From positions 62,001-126,000 of IMG/VR virus record IMGVR_UViG_3300028862_000012: a DNA stretch of 64,000 bases; one strand, 5' to 3'. The notes under the pieces were generated by a model that searched no databases, had not been told where the DNA came from, and saw nothing but the letters and a program-made list of their open reading frames with translations. Positions 28,514 through 38,420 of the stretch are shown one piece after another. The position numbers and the translations under genes are program-made. Numbering within the stretch: position 1 is the first letter of the stretch; every line of letters begins with the position of its first letter.

Positions 28514-29716
28514 ATGAGTAAGTTTAATGAAGGGCCGGGAGCAGGATATACAGTTAAAGTAGAAAAGTTTTATGGAAAGTTTGAAACAAGTATTAAACGT
28601 GTTTTCATAAATAAGCATCAGATTATAGCTGATATAGTTCAGACCTCTCATAATTTTGAGTTTGATGCTACTTGGTCAGGATATGATTGGTCAGGTGAAG
28701 AAAAAGATATTAAGGGTGAAGAGTTTAATTTAGAGTGTGCAGTAGAAATATTAACAGATAAATATAATATAAATGAGACTATTGATTTATTTATAGAATT
28801 ATTTAAGGATATGAATGTATATGATAATTTTACTGATTACTGTTTAAAGAATAGAATTGATATTAATAATCTCACTATAGAAGATATCATTGATCGATAC
28901 TTAGATATGAACCCTCACTTTCTATTAGAAAAAGATTTTAAAGATTTTGTTGAATATAATAGTAAAAATATTGATCTTGATTTAGTTCAATTAGTAGATT
29001 ACGAAGAGATGATTGGTGGTGGATATAGTCATGTAGACATGAAACAACTTTCTGCTGATGCTCATGATATGGAACGACAAGCTGACTACGAGTATGCAGT
29101 TATGTGGGGTAATGCCTTTTTACTTAAAAGTAAAAAATTAAATGATCTAGTAGATGACAGTTATAATGCTAAAGATAATTATGATGAATCTATTGAAATA
29201 GCTGAAGGTCAGGAACTTGTAGGTAATGATGGTAAGGTTTATTTATCAGAGAAAGGCGATATAATAAAGCAAGGAAAAGTAGTTAAAGAATATTTATCGA
29301 ATAACTATTCTGATGAAGAATTTTTGGTAGGATATTATACTTCAGGTGATAAATATTATAAGGAATATTTTAAGGATAAAAAGCATAGAGGATATAGCTA
29401 TAGTACAGACAGTGGTGGTGGTGGAATAGAATCTGATAATGATTTATATGCAGATATAGTTAGTACTGTCTTTTTTAGTAGTTATATGTCTAAAATAAAC
29501 TATAAAAAAACGGAAGGAACTATTTTAAAAAATAAAGAAGTAGCCATGTTCTATGATCCAAAGGGAAGCTGGAAAAAGTTTCAGATTTTTTCTTTAGATG
29601 ATGAACGATATCTGCATAACAAAGATATTCTGGATGTAGTAGAACTAGACTTAGACTTTAACTCTATTATGAAAACTTGTTATGCCTATTTAGATTCTAA
29701 AGGTGCAAAATATTAA
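28514..29716 (+). CDS. Acidic hypothetical protein, candidate internal head protein
   Basis: 400 aa. Starts MSKFNEG and carries an internal copy of the AEGQE.V...GKVYL.EKGD motif. Confidence 0.6.
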   Translation: MSKFNEGPGAGYTVKVEKFYGKFETSIKRVFINKHQIIADIVQTSHNFEFDATWSGYDWSGEEKDIKGEEFNLECAVEILTDKYNINETIDLFIELFKDMNVYDNFTDYCLKNRIDINNLTIEDIIDRYLDMNPHFLLEKDFKDFVEYNSKNIDLDLVQLVDYEEMIGGGYSHVDMKQLSADAHDMERQADYEYAVMWGNAFLLKSKKLNDLVDDSYNAKDNYDESIEIAEGQELVGNDGKVYLSEKGDIIKQGKVVKEYLSNNYSDEEFLVGYYTSGDKYYKEYFKDKKHRGYSYSTDSGGGGIESDNDLYADIVSTVFFSSYMSKINYKKTEGTILKNKEVAMFYDPKGSWKKFQIFSLDDERYLHNKDILDVVELDLDFNSIMKTCYAYLDSKGAKY

Positions 29717-29738
29717 AATAGATTAAAACTTTTATATA

Positions 29739-29764
29739 ATCCTGCCAGAAATGGCGGGATTTTT
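29739..29764 (+). terminator. Intrinsic terminator
   Basis: ATCCTGCCA-GAAA-TGGCGGGAT-TTTT. Confidence 0.8.
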
Positions 29765-29809
29765 CATTTATAACTATTAGAATATCTAAATATTAAAAGG
29801 AAACTATTT

Positions 29810-30031
29810 ATGCTGTATGATTTTAAGTGTTCTAAGTGTAAGCATATCACTATTCTAAATCAGTCAATAAAAGAAACATTGCCAAAGGTTGTACCTTGTG
29901 AAAAATGCAATGCTGATGCTTTGTATGATTGGAGCAAATTAAAAGATAATATTATTATTCCCGATAAGTTTAAGGCATTAGGTGATTATCAAAAAATAGA
30001 TTGGAATAAACATGATAAAGAAATCTGGTAA
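29810..30031 (+). CDS. FmdB-family zinc-ribbon protein
   Basis: MLYDFKCSKCKH...PCEKC. Confidence 0.7.
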   Translation: MLYDFKCSKCKHITILNQSIKETLPKVVPCEKCNADALYDWSKLKDNIIIPDKFKALGDYQKIDWNKHDKEIW

Positions 30032-30076
30032 AGTAAAAAGTATTTACAATATAACTATTACTTTATAGGAATTACT

Positions 30077-31975
30077 ATGACAAAAGAAGAACGTAATCTT
30101 AAAAAATTACAAAAGTATTTTAGAATATATAAAGATAAAGATAAGAATACTGTATCAATGGGTAAGGTTACTTATCCAAAAGATAAAGTAGATAAAGACG
30201 GACATATTAATATTGATGACATAACAATAAAACCTATTGAAATGCCGTCAGATGTTCGTAAAGCTTATAATTATTTTCGTTCAGATTACTTTAGTATTTC
30301 TCATAACAAAAAAGATAGATTTGATAGGTATCTTGATCTTGATTTTATGACAAAAAATGAAGGACTCATGGGTACTGCTTGTCAAATTTATGCTGACGAA
30401 ACAGTTCAGTGCGATGAACAAAATAGAGTTATTGTAATAAATGCTCGAAAAAAAGAGATAGAGAAAAATTTTTATGAATGGTTTAATGATGTAGGTTTTA
30501 CTAAAAATCTTTTACATGACATTGCATGGAATGTTACTTTATATGGTGATAGTTTTTTAATAAACTCAATTGATTTAAATAATGGTGGAGTAACAGAAGT
30601 AGTTCCTATTTCTGTTTATAATGTTTATGATCGTATGGAGTTCAATAGTGTAAAAATAAAAGAGTTTATGAAGAATAGTGGTTATATGTCAAACTTTGCC
30701 TCATTCTTAGGAAAAAATAACTCTTTTAAAGATTTATATAATATGATGACTAAAAGCGGACATGAAGATTATGCAAGTTCTTTTAAAAGTTATTTATTTG
30801 GATACAATATAAATGATGACTATATGTTACCTCCTTGGATGGTAACTCATTTTAGATTATATACTACTGATGATGTTTTTCATCCGTTTGGTATGCCTAT
30901 TTTTATTAAAAGTATAGCTCGATATAAAAGTTTCAAAACTACAGAGCTATTAATGGATATGGCTCGTGTTGCTACATTTCCTAAAGAAATTTATAAGATA
31001 GCAACAGTACCGGGAATGACATTAGTAGAAATATTTAATCGTGTTAATATGGTTCGTGAGCAGTTTTTAAATATAACTAAAGATACTCGCAATCCCGATG
31101 AACTTTCAGTAGGTGAACCTATATTTACTGTTGATGGTTTGTTTGAATATGAGCTTATTCAGACTGATATTGATATTGACAAGATATCTGATTATGAAAA
31201 AAAGCGCGAAGACTTAATTATAAGTACAGGAATTCCAGAAGGTTATCTTATTCTTTCTGATAGAAGCTCCTTTGGTCAATCTGGAAAGTCGTTAATTCAG
31301 CAATCAAAACTCTTTGGTAGACGTGTATATACAATTCAGACTGCAATGCTTGAAGAGATAAGTAATTTATATCGTGTTCATTTACTTATTTCAGGTCAAT
31401 ATGATTTGGAAGCTACTGATTTTGAATTATCTATGAACTTTCCAGTAACAGAAGAAACTGACGAAAAAATAGAAAGTCAAAAGAATTCATTAGAATTAGC
31501 TAGTGATCTTGTTGCTAAAATAACTGAATTAATGGGATTAGATGCTGATGAACACCTTCCATTAGATGTAATAAAAGATATTTATTCTAAGTATTCTTTC
31601 TTAGATGATAATCGCTTAGATGGTTGGATAAAGTCTATAGAAAAATCGAGAGTTGAAAAAGATAAACAAAGTACAGAAAGTAGCGATTCCAATGCAGAGT
31701 TTAATTTTGAAGAAAGAAAGTTAAAAGAAAAAAAGATTAGAGAAAAAATAAAAGAAAGAATGTTATCAGAAGATATGATACGAGAAACATTTTTTAATGT
31801 TAAAAAACAAAACTCTTATAATGAAGGAATTTATTCTGGTAGACATTTTTATACAAGTTGGAGCAGAGGTGATAGAATGTTTGAAGAAAGCTTAACTTTA
31901 TTGAAAAAAGATATGGTTTCAAGACGCTTAAAAGAAAGAAATATACAGAGTGATCAAAAGGAATTAGAGTTTTAA
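30077..31975 (+). CDS. Portal protein (T4 gp20-like)
   Basis: 632 aa at the head of the capsid module. IAWNVTLYGDSFL, LPPWMVTHFRL, PFGMPIFIKSI...LLMDMARVATFPKEIYKI and IISTGIPEGYL match gp20-type portals. Confidence 0.85.
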   Translation: MTKEERNLKKLQKYFRIYKDKDKNTVSMGKVTYPKDKVDKDGHINIDDITIKPIEMPSDVRKAYNYFRSDYFSISHNKKDRFDRYLDLDFMTKNEGLMGTACQIYADETVQCDEQNRVIVINARKKEIEKNFYEWFNDVGFTKNLLHDIAWNVTLYGDSFLINSIDLNNGGVTEVVPISVYNVYDRMEFNSVKIKEFMKNSGYMSNFASFLGKNNSFKDLYNMMTKSGHEDYASSFKSYLFGYNINDDYMLPPWMVTHFRLYTTDDVFHPFGMPIFIKSIARYKSFKTTELLMDMARVATFPKEIYKIATVPGMTLVEIFNRVNMVREQFLNITKDTRNPDELSVGEPIFTVDGLFEYELIQTDIDIDKISDYEKKREDLIISTGIPEGYLILSDRSSFGQSGKSLIQQSKLFGRRVYTIQTAMLEEISNLYRVHLLISGQYDLEATDFELSMNFPVTEETDEKIESQKNSLELASDLVAKITELMGLDADEHLPLDVIKDIYSKYSFLDDNRLDGWIKSIEKSRVEKDKQSTESSDSNAEFNFEERKLKEKKIREKIKERMLSEDMIRETFFNVKKQNSYNEGIYSGRHFYTSWSRGDRMFEESLTLLKKDMVSRRLKERNIQSDQKELEF

Positions 31976-31978
31976 TTA

Positions 31979-32007
31979 TTGACATAAAGATTAAAAAAAG
32001 GTATCAT
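31979..32007 (+). promoter_or_regulatory. sigma70-type promoter of the endonuclease-methyltransferase gene (leaderless geometry)
   Basis: TTGACA-N17-TATCAT. The ATG starts after a 5-nt gap and has no SD. Confidence 0.75.
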
Positions 32008-32012
32008 ATTTA

Positions 32013-34214
32013 ATGATTAAAAAAGGACAAACATTAAAATTATCTTTAGCTACTTTATCAAGGCATAAAAAGCGATATGAGGTTTTAGGTTATAATATAA
32101 ATAAGATTAAGGAAGATAATCCTAATATCCCACTAAATGATATTTACTTAGATATTCCTGCTGAGTTCATACACTCTTCTGGATCTGATTTACCTTTATA
32201 TATGATTTGTGATTTTTGTAATCAGGAATATGAAACTACTTGGAGAAAATATACTAAACTACCGCAAGGGAAGGATGCATGTAATTCTTGTAAAGAATTA
32301 AAAAGAACAAATACTTGTATAGAAAAATATGGAGTAACTAATGTTTTTCAAGAGTTTTCTGTTAAAGAAAAAAGTAAAATAACTTGTTTAGAAAAATATG
32401 GTGTTGAACATGCTATTCAAAATAAAGAAATAATGAATAAAGCAGAAAATAATAAAAAAGTATCTAATAAGAAAAAATATGGTGTTGAGAGTGTATTTAG
32501 CTTATCTTCAGTACAACAAAAATCAAAAGAAACTAATTTAGAAAGATATGGATGTGAATATTCCTGTCAAAATAAAGATATAATAGCTAAAAGATGTCTT
32601 ACAGTAAAAGAAAAATATTCTGATCCTGTTGAGATTAAGAAGGTTTCAGACAAGTTAAAAAATACTATGATGAAAAGATATGGATATACTTCTGCTTTAA
32701 AAAATCCTGAAATATTAGCTAAGAAAACACAAACTATGTTTGATTTATATGGAGAAATAGGCTCTGAAGCAAGAAAAGAATTAGAAGAAAAACGAAAACA
32801 ATCGAATATAGAAAAATATGGTGTAGAGTATCTGCTTCAAAATAAAGAACTTGGAGAAAAAGCAAAGGTAAATAGAAAAGCTTATCTTATGAAAGAGTAT
32901 GGAGTAACTAATAATCTTATTATACCAGAAGTAAAAGAAAAAATAAAGCAAAAGAATATAGAAAAATATGGTGTAGACAGTCCTTTTAAGCTTCCTACTT
33001 TTCAAGAAAAGATTAGACAAATAAATATATTAAAATATGGCACTCCCTATCCTATGCAAAATTCAGAAGTGCGAAGAAAAGTATTTAAGCATAAAGGAAA
33101 GTCAGTACCTGAGTCTAAGTTTGAAGAGATGTTAAAAAATAGAGGCTTTATTTATAAATATGAACTTAATACAAATGGAAAATGCTTTGATTTTACTATT
33201 TATAATATAGATATGACAATAAATACAATTGTAGAAATTGATGGCGAATATAATCATGGACTAAAAAATGATTCAGATGGTTTTCATGTTCATGGAGAAA
33301 AAGATTGTGAACGATTTCAAAAAGTCCCAGATGGAGTTAAATATATAGTATGTAATTCCCTTAACATAGAAGAAGGTTTTTCACAGTTATGCTCAAACTT
33401 TGATGTCAATTATAGTGCTTGGATAAAAGAAATAATTGATGCATGTAATGTTGATTTTCCATATCCTGAATATTCTATTGAGCGTATGAAAAAAGAATAT
33501 AATAAATTAGCTGTTGCAGATTATAAACATAATTCATATGTAGGTCAGTCTATTATTAAGAATTTTCATAAATCAATTTATATTGCTCATGTATCTAATA
33601 AACCGTCCCCAGTTGAAGCTTGGAAGAATTCAGAGTTATTAAAAAAATGTATTGAAAATAGATTTATTTATGCAAACACACTAAGTTCTCAATCTATAGC
33701 TGATGGATTTAATGTTTGTAAAATAGCACCAAAAGTTTCTGTGTTTAGAGCTATTCTAGCGCGCGAGCTAATATTAAAATATTTAAATCAATATGACACA
33801 ATTTTTGATCCTTTTTCTGGATTTAGCGGTCGTATGTTAGGAACAACTTGTTTAAATAAAAAATATATTGGACAAGATATAAACAATACTTTTGTAAAAG
33901 AAAGTAATGAAATCATTAATTTTTTAAACTTAAATGCAAGTGTTTTAGAAAAAGATATTTTTGAAAGCTATGGAGAATATGACTGTTTATTTACTTGTTC
34001 TCCTTATAATTTAAAAGAAACATGGAATAACAGTAATCAAAAAAATCTAAGTTGCGATGAATGGATTGATATATGTTTATCTCATTTTAAATGTAAGTCA
34101 TATTTATTTGTAGTTGATGAAACTATTAAGTATAAAGATTACATTGTAGAGGAAATAAAAAATACAAGCCATTTTGGAAGAAATATAGAAAAAGTTATTC
34201 TTATAAGAAAATAA
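32013..34214 (+). CDS. Homing-endonuclease-like protein (Zn domain, EKYGV repeats, Vsr/DUF559-type PD-(D/E)xK nuclease) fused to a DNA amino-methyltransferase
   Basis: CDFC...CNSC, about 8 xxEKYGVx repeats, KSVPE...FDF...IVEIDGEYNHG nuclease, then IFDPFSGFSGRMLG (motif I) and LFTCSPY (motif IV variant). Confidence 0.75.
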   Translation: MIKKGQTLKLSLATLSRHKKRYEVLGYNINKIKEDNPNIPLNDIYLDIPAEFIHSSGSDLPLYMICDFCNQEYETTWRKYTKLPQGKDACNSCKELKRTNTCIEKYGVTNVFQEFSVKEKSKITCLEKYGVEHAIQNKEIMNKAENNKKVSNKKKYGVESVFSLSSVQQKSKETNLERYGCEYSCQNKDIIAKRCLTVKEKYSDPVEIKKVSDKLKNTMMKRYGYTSALKNPEILAKKTQTMFDLYGEIGSEARKELEEKRKQSNIEKYGVEYLLQNKELGEKAKVNRKAYLMKEYGVTNNLIIPEVKEKIKQKNIEKYGVDSPFKLPTFQEKIRQINILKYGTPYPMQNSEVRRKVFKHKGKSVPESKFEEMLKNRGFIYKYELNTNGKCFDFTIYNIDMTINTIVEIDGEYNHGLKNDSDGFHVHGEKDCERFQKVPDGVKYIVCNSLNIEEGFSQLCSNFDVNYSAWIKEIIDACNVDFPYPEYSIERMKKEYNKLAVADYKHNSYVGQSIIKNFHKSIYIAHVSNKPSPVEAWKNSELLKKCIENRFIYANTLSSQSIADGFNVCKIAPKVSVFRAILARELILKYLNQYDTIFDPFSGFSGRMLGTTCLNKKYIGQDINNTFVKESNEIINFLNLNASVLEKDIFESYGEYDCLFTCSPYNLKETWNNSNQKNLSCDEWIDICLSHFKCKSYLFVVDETIKYKDYIVEEIKNTSHFGRNIEKVILIRK

Positions 34215-34253
34215 TTTATTAAAATTTAACTAACTATTATATTAAGTATAACT

Positions 34254-35972
34254 ATGTATATAAAAGGCATATCAATGAGACAGAAATTAGTTGAAAAATT
34301 TAATAGAGACTGGAAAGAAACTAAATTAAAGCCTGTTTTTTTTCCTCTCACTGAATCTACTAAATTAGTAGAGGGAATAAACGGAGATAAATATAATTGT
34401 TTAAGTTGTTATCTTATTCCTATATGGAAGCTTGATGAAGAAAATCTAAATGGAAGGAAATATTCCCGATCTTTAGCGGAAAAAATTGTTAAAGAAAATA
34501 AAGTTACTGTATCATTAGATAGTCATCCAGAAGACGATAATTATGTTCCAGTAATTGCAGATGTTATAGCAATCGGAAAAGATCCTGTTATTAAAGATGG
34601 AATACTTTGGGCTTATGCTTATTTTGTATCAGAGGAAGTTGATAAGAAAGTCCATAGAATGCTTGATTTAGGGTTTCCTTTACAACAGTCTTCTTCTGGC
34701 CTAGGTGAAGTAGATTATAATAATGTAGTTATAACAGAAACTTATGACCTTGAACGATATTTTGACTTTTTGGTTCAGGATAGTAGCTATCAAGTTTATA
34801 CTACAAAAGAGAATGAAATAATAACAGATAAACCTCAGAAAATGGAAAGTACAGATATAAAAGAAAGTATAAAAGAAAGTATAGAGGAAAAAATTATTGA
34901 ACCGGTTCTTGAAAAATTAGAGGAATCTAAAAAAGAATATTTAAAAGAAAATGTAACTATTAGTAATATAGGTAAATCTATAAATATAAAGGAAAAAACT
35001 ATGGCAGAAAATAAAAGTTTAAGACTTAATGTAAAGAGTCTTATACGTGAGGCAAAGGCTAAAGAGGATCTTTCTGAAAAAAATATCTTGTTAAAAGAAG
35101 CTTTTGGTGCAATTAAGAACGAGTCTGGCTTTGAGGATATGAAGAAAGATATTGTTTTACTGTTAAAGGAAACAGATTTAAGTATTTCTAATCTTGCAAA
35201 GAAAGGTAAAACTGTTGACTCTGTTACTTCAAAGTACAATGAGTCTGCTAAGGAAGCAGTGGCTTTAAAAGCAGAACGTGAAATTTTTGTTGGTAAGATT
35301 CAAGAGTCTGCTAATAAGCTTAAACAGGTTTCTGCTACTGCTAAAGATCTTGCTAAAAAGTTTAAGGAAGCATCTACTAAGTTTAAAGAAAACTCTGACA
35401 AGAATAAAGATGCTTTTAATAAGTTAAAAGAGTCTGCTATAGCTAATGCTAAACTTATAGAGTCTAATGCTAAACTTGTAGAAAAATCTATTATAGCATT
35501 AGACCTTATTAAAGAGCGCTACAATACTTTAGAATTCCGTAATGAAGCACTTGCTCGTAAGGTAGAACAGCTTATTAATGAAAATAATAAGAAAGATCGT
35601 GAGATTCGTCGAATGTCTCGTCAGAATGAAGCACAGGAACCTCGTAGTCGTTCAGTTAGAGAATCAGTAAATGAAGATTCTTATAATACTGAAATGCCTG
35701 ATGAATATAAGCAGACTGAAGAAGTAACTCGCTATTATGAAGATACTGTTCGTCGAAAACCCTATTTAGCTCGTTTCAAAGAAAAGATATTGAATAGTAA
35801 AACTGTACAAGATGCAATGTATCGGGTTTTGCAGATTGACGGTGATGATTTTGATGAAAAAGCTGGGAAACATAATTCCATTAACGAGAGCATTGAAAAG
35901 ATCGATGATGGAAGAGAAGTAAAACAGTCAATGGGTTCAAGTCTCTTAGGAAAGCGCCCCGGCTGGAACTAA
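34254..35972 (+). CDS. Prohead protease (gp21-like) fused to a coiled-coil scaffold (gp22-like)
   Basis: ENLNGRKYS, LDSHP (catalytic His) and QSSSGLGEV (catalytic Ser region), followed by a long K/E coiled coil. Confidence 0.8.
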   Translation: MYIKGISMRQKLVEKFNRDWKETKLKPVFFPLTESTKLVEGINGDKYNCLSCYLIPIWKLDEENLNGRKYSRSLAEKIVKENKVTVSLDSHPEDDNYVPVIADVIAIGKDPVIKDGILWAYAYFVSEEVDKKVHRMLDLGFPLQQSSSGLGEVDYNNVVITETYDLERYFDFLVQDSSYQVYTTKENEIITDKPQKMESTDIKESIKESIEEKIIEPVLEKLEESKKEYLKENVTISNIGKSINIKEKTMAENKSLRLNVKSLIREAKAKEDLSEKNILLKEAFGAIKNESGFEDMKKDIVLLLKETDLSISNLAKKGKTVDSVTSKYNESAKEAVALKAEREIFVGKIQESANKLKQVSATAKDLAKKFKEASTKFKENSDKNKDAFNKLKESAIANAKLIESNAKLVEKSIIALDLIKERYNTLEFRNEALARKVEQLINENNKKDREIRRMSRQNEAQEPRSRSVRESVNEDSYNTEMPDEYKQTEEVTRYYEDTVRRKPYLARFKEKILNSKTVQDAMYRVLQIDGDDFDEKAGKHNSINESIEKIDDGREVKQSMGSSLLGKRPGWN

Positions 35973-36001
35973 TAATAAAAGGTTAATAAAAGGAAAAAAT
36001 A

Positions 36002-36619
36002 ATGGATAATCTTTATTCTTTAAAAAATACAAATGGCGTAAGTTGGGGTGCAGTTCACACTGTTGTTTCTGCTGATATAGCACAAGTAGAAGCAGTTGCA
36101 GAGGTAATAAAACTTACTATAGCTACTGGTTGTTCTGCTAATGGTAATATTACTGTTTCGTTGCGTGGTGCTACTCCTGTTACTATTGCAGTAACTACTA
36201 CTGCTGATTTGGCTACAGAAGTAGCTACATTGGTACAGGCTGGATCATTTACTGGATGGACTCCCACTGTTAATAGTGCGGAGGTTACTTTCACTGCAAC
36301 AGTAGCTGGTTTAAAAACGGGAGCTAATGCCTTAGTGGTTAATAGCACTGGTGTTACTGGGACCTTTACTGTTGTTACTGCTGGTTCTAATGAAGTAGTT
36401 AACACTATGAAGTTTGTTACTACTTTGTCTAATATCGATTTGGCAGTTTCTTGTCAGATTTATACTTCTACCGGCGCTCTTAGGTCATTTACTGGAACTG
36501 TGGTGGTTTCAAAAGATTCTAATGGACTTGAAGTTATTACTGTAAAAGATAATAGTACTGCTTCTTTGTCTGTTGGCGATGTAGTGCATCTTATAGTTAA
36601 TAAGGTTCACCTGTATTAA
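36002..36619 (+). CDS. Head decoration protein (Ig-like/beta-rich)
   Basis: 205 aa, Thr/Val/Ala-rich beta protein between the scaffold and MCP, with the codon usage of a highly expressed gene. Confidence 0.5.
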   Translation: MDNLYSLKNTNGVSWGAVHTVVSADIAQVEAVAEVIKLTIATGCSANGNITVSLRGATPVTIAVTTTADLATEVATLVQAGSFTGWTPTVNSAEVTFTATVAGLKTGANALVVNSTGVTGTFTVVTAGSNEVVNTMKFVTTLSNIDLAVSCQIYTSTGALRSFTGTVVVSKDSNGLEVITVKDNSTASLSVGDVVHLIVNKVHLY

Positions 36620-36818
36620 GTAATCGGATGTTAGTAAAAATGTAAAACAATATTTTATATTTTTACTAACTATTATAATGAAAGAAAAAAGTATTTATTA
36701 AAAATGATTAATACTAATTTAATTGAAAATGATTAAATAAACTATTGCTGTATATGGCTATAAAAAACCTTTCAAAAAATATTTTAATTAAATTCTTTAA
36801 AAAGAAGAGGAAGTTTTT

Positions 36819-38315
36819 ATGGGTTTTGATAATGAGACTCGCAGACCGTTGCGGGAAATGCGCGGTCGTTCACTTAGAGAAAGTAATAAGCGTTTAAATG
36901 ATTCTGCTATTAGGGGTCAGTATGATGATTATACTCGTGAGCTTGATGAGAAGAATCAAAAGTTAGTAGAGTCTTGGTCACAGGAAGATGGTCTTGAACT
37001 TGATGGTGGTCGTTTACAGGCTATGGGTGAAAAGAAAGCTACTGCACTGGTTAATTTACTTGAAGAGACTAAACGTGGTTTTAAGAACTTACGTGAGTAT
37101 CAGACTAGCTCTTTAGGTGGTTTGTTACCGCAGGAAATTGTTAAGGCAGTTCGTTATGGATATCCTAACTCTGTAATGTTCGATCTTTTCGATGTTTGGC
37201 AGATGAGTTCCGTAAAGGATACCTTCTATAAGTTAACGACTAAGTATGGAAGTACTCAGCGTGGAGCTACGGAAGGTCAGATAATCTACGAGAAGTATAA
37301 CAATGGTGATTATCCATCAGAGTACGAGACTGATACTGTTACTGTTAGTACGGGTACTGCTCAGAGCGGTGATCTTACTTACGAAAATATTCGTGAGTAC
37401 CATGTTATGGTGTATCTCAACGGTGCATTGGTTGCTCGTGACGATGGTGCAGGAAAGCTTGTTTCTACTGATGAAAAGTTTACTTCTGGTACGCTTGTTT
37501 ATGCAACTGGTGTTTATAATTTAACGTTTGCTCAGTCTATTACTGCTGGTACTGATGTTGTTACTATTCGTTATGCTTCTAGTTCAGAACCGTTAGCTTA
37601 TAATCGTCAGGGAACTGCAATACTGGATCTTGAAGCATATGATTTCCGTGCAACGTTCTTTAGCCTTAATGCTATGTGGAATCAGATGACTGAAGAGATT
37701 TTGCAGTCTAAGCTCAAGATGAGCGCTCGTGAGAATTTACTCATGGGTATTGCTGATCTTATTAAAAAGTCATTAGACGAAATGGCTATTTTCTACGGAA
37801 AGGCCGCTTCTAAATGGGCTACTCCTGAAGAGTTTGATACCAACTGGTCTAATGCTGGTGCCGATAGTGATTACGCTAACGCGCAGTCTTTAATTGGTGC
37901 TATCGAAAATGCAAAAGCTAAAACGTATGAGGCTCTTGGTCGTGAAGCCCCGAAGACTAATATTCTTTGTGGTTCTCGTGCTTTCGTGTATGTACAGAAG
38001 CACAAGTTATTTACTCCTGATAACTCTATGCCCCGTATTGGTGTGTATAAGTTTGGAAACATTAATGGTCAGGACTTGTACAAGGCTCCTAACGATATTT
38101 GTGATAAGGACATGATGTACATGTTTGGTAAGGGCGATGACTCCATAAACGTGGACTCCCCGGTTTCGATCGGAATGTGGAAGATGGGTATTGAATCTCA
38201 AGAGATTCAGCATTCTAACTTTGTTAGTGAGAAGGGTATTGGTGTAATGGCTGACTTCCAGATCAATAACAAAAAGTTTGCTACCTCGTTGAAGCTCAAG
38301 AACTTAATCGCTTAG
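36819..38315 (+). CDS. Major capsid protein (T4 gp23-like, HK97 fold)
   Basis: 498 aa. Cleavable N-terminal leader, LLPQEIVKAVRYGYPNSVMFDLFDVWQM (gp23-like P..i..vr...p.....l..vqpm), higher GC, strong terminator downstream. Confidence 0.88.
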   Translation: MGFDNETRRPLREMRGRSLRESNKRLNDSAIRGQYDDYTRELDEKNQKLVESWSQEDGLELDGGRLQAMGEKKATALVNLLEETKRGFKNLREYQTSSLGGLLPQEIVKAVRYGYPNSVMFDLFDVWQMSSVKDTFYKLTTKYGSTQRGATEGQIIYEKYNNGDYPSEYETDTVTVSTGTAQSGDLTYENIREYHVMVYLNGALVARDDGAGKLVSTDEKFTSGTLVYATGVYNLTFAQSITAGTDVVTIRYASSSEPLAYNRQGTAILDLEAYDFRATFFSLNAMWNQMTEEILQSKLKMSARENLLMGIADLIKKSLDEMAIFYGKAASKWATPEEFDTNWSNAGADSDYANAQSLIGAIENAKAKTYEALGREAPKTNILCGSRAFVYVQKHKLFTPDNSMPRIGVYKFGNINGQDLYKAPNDICDKDMMYMFGKGDDSINVDSPVSIGMWKMGIESQEIQHSNFVSEKGIGVMADFQINNKKFATSLKLKNLIA

Positions 38316-38334
38316 ATTAATGAATTAATTAGCG

Positions 38335-38366
38335 AAGACCGTAGAGAAATCTACGGTCTTTTTTTT
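38335..38366 (+). terminator. Intrinsic terminator after MCP
   Basis: AAGACCGTAGA-GAAA-TCTACGGTCTT-TTTTT. Confidence 0.9.
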
Positions 38367-38370
38367 GTTA

Positions 38371-38399
38371 TTGACAACATTAGTAAATAAATATAGAAT
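38371..38399 (+). promoter_or_regulatory. sigma70-type promoter of the Hef-like endonuclease gene
   Basis: TTGACA-N17-TAGAAT. Confidence 0.75.
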
Positions 38400-38420
38400 A
38401 GTAAAAAAGGTATATAAAAA

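Noticed and set aside
36667-36701. Tiny ORF MKEKSIY after the MCP promoter, and MIV at 16670
   Set aside because: Too short to support, and expected by chance in AT-rich leaders. Noted only as possible uORFs.
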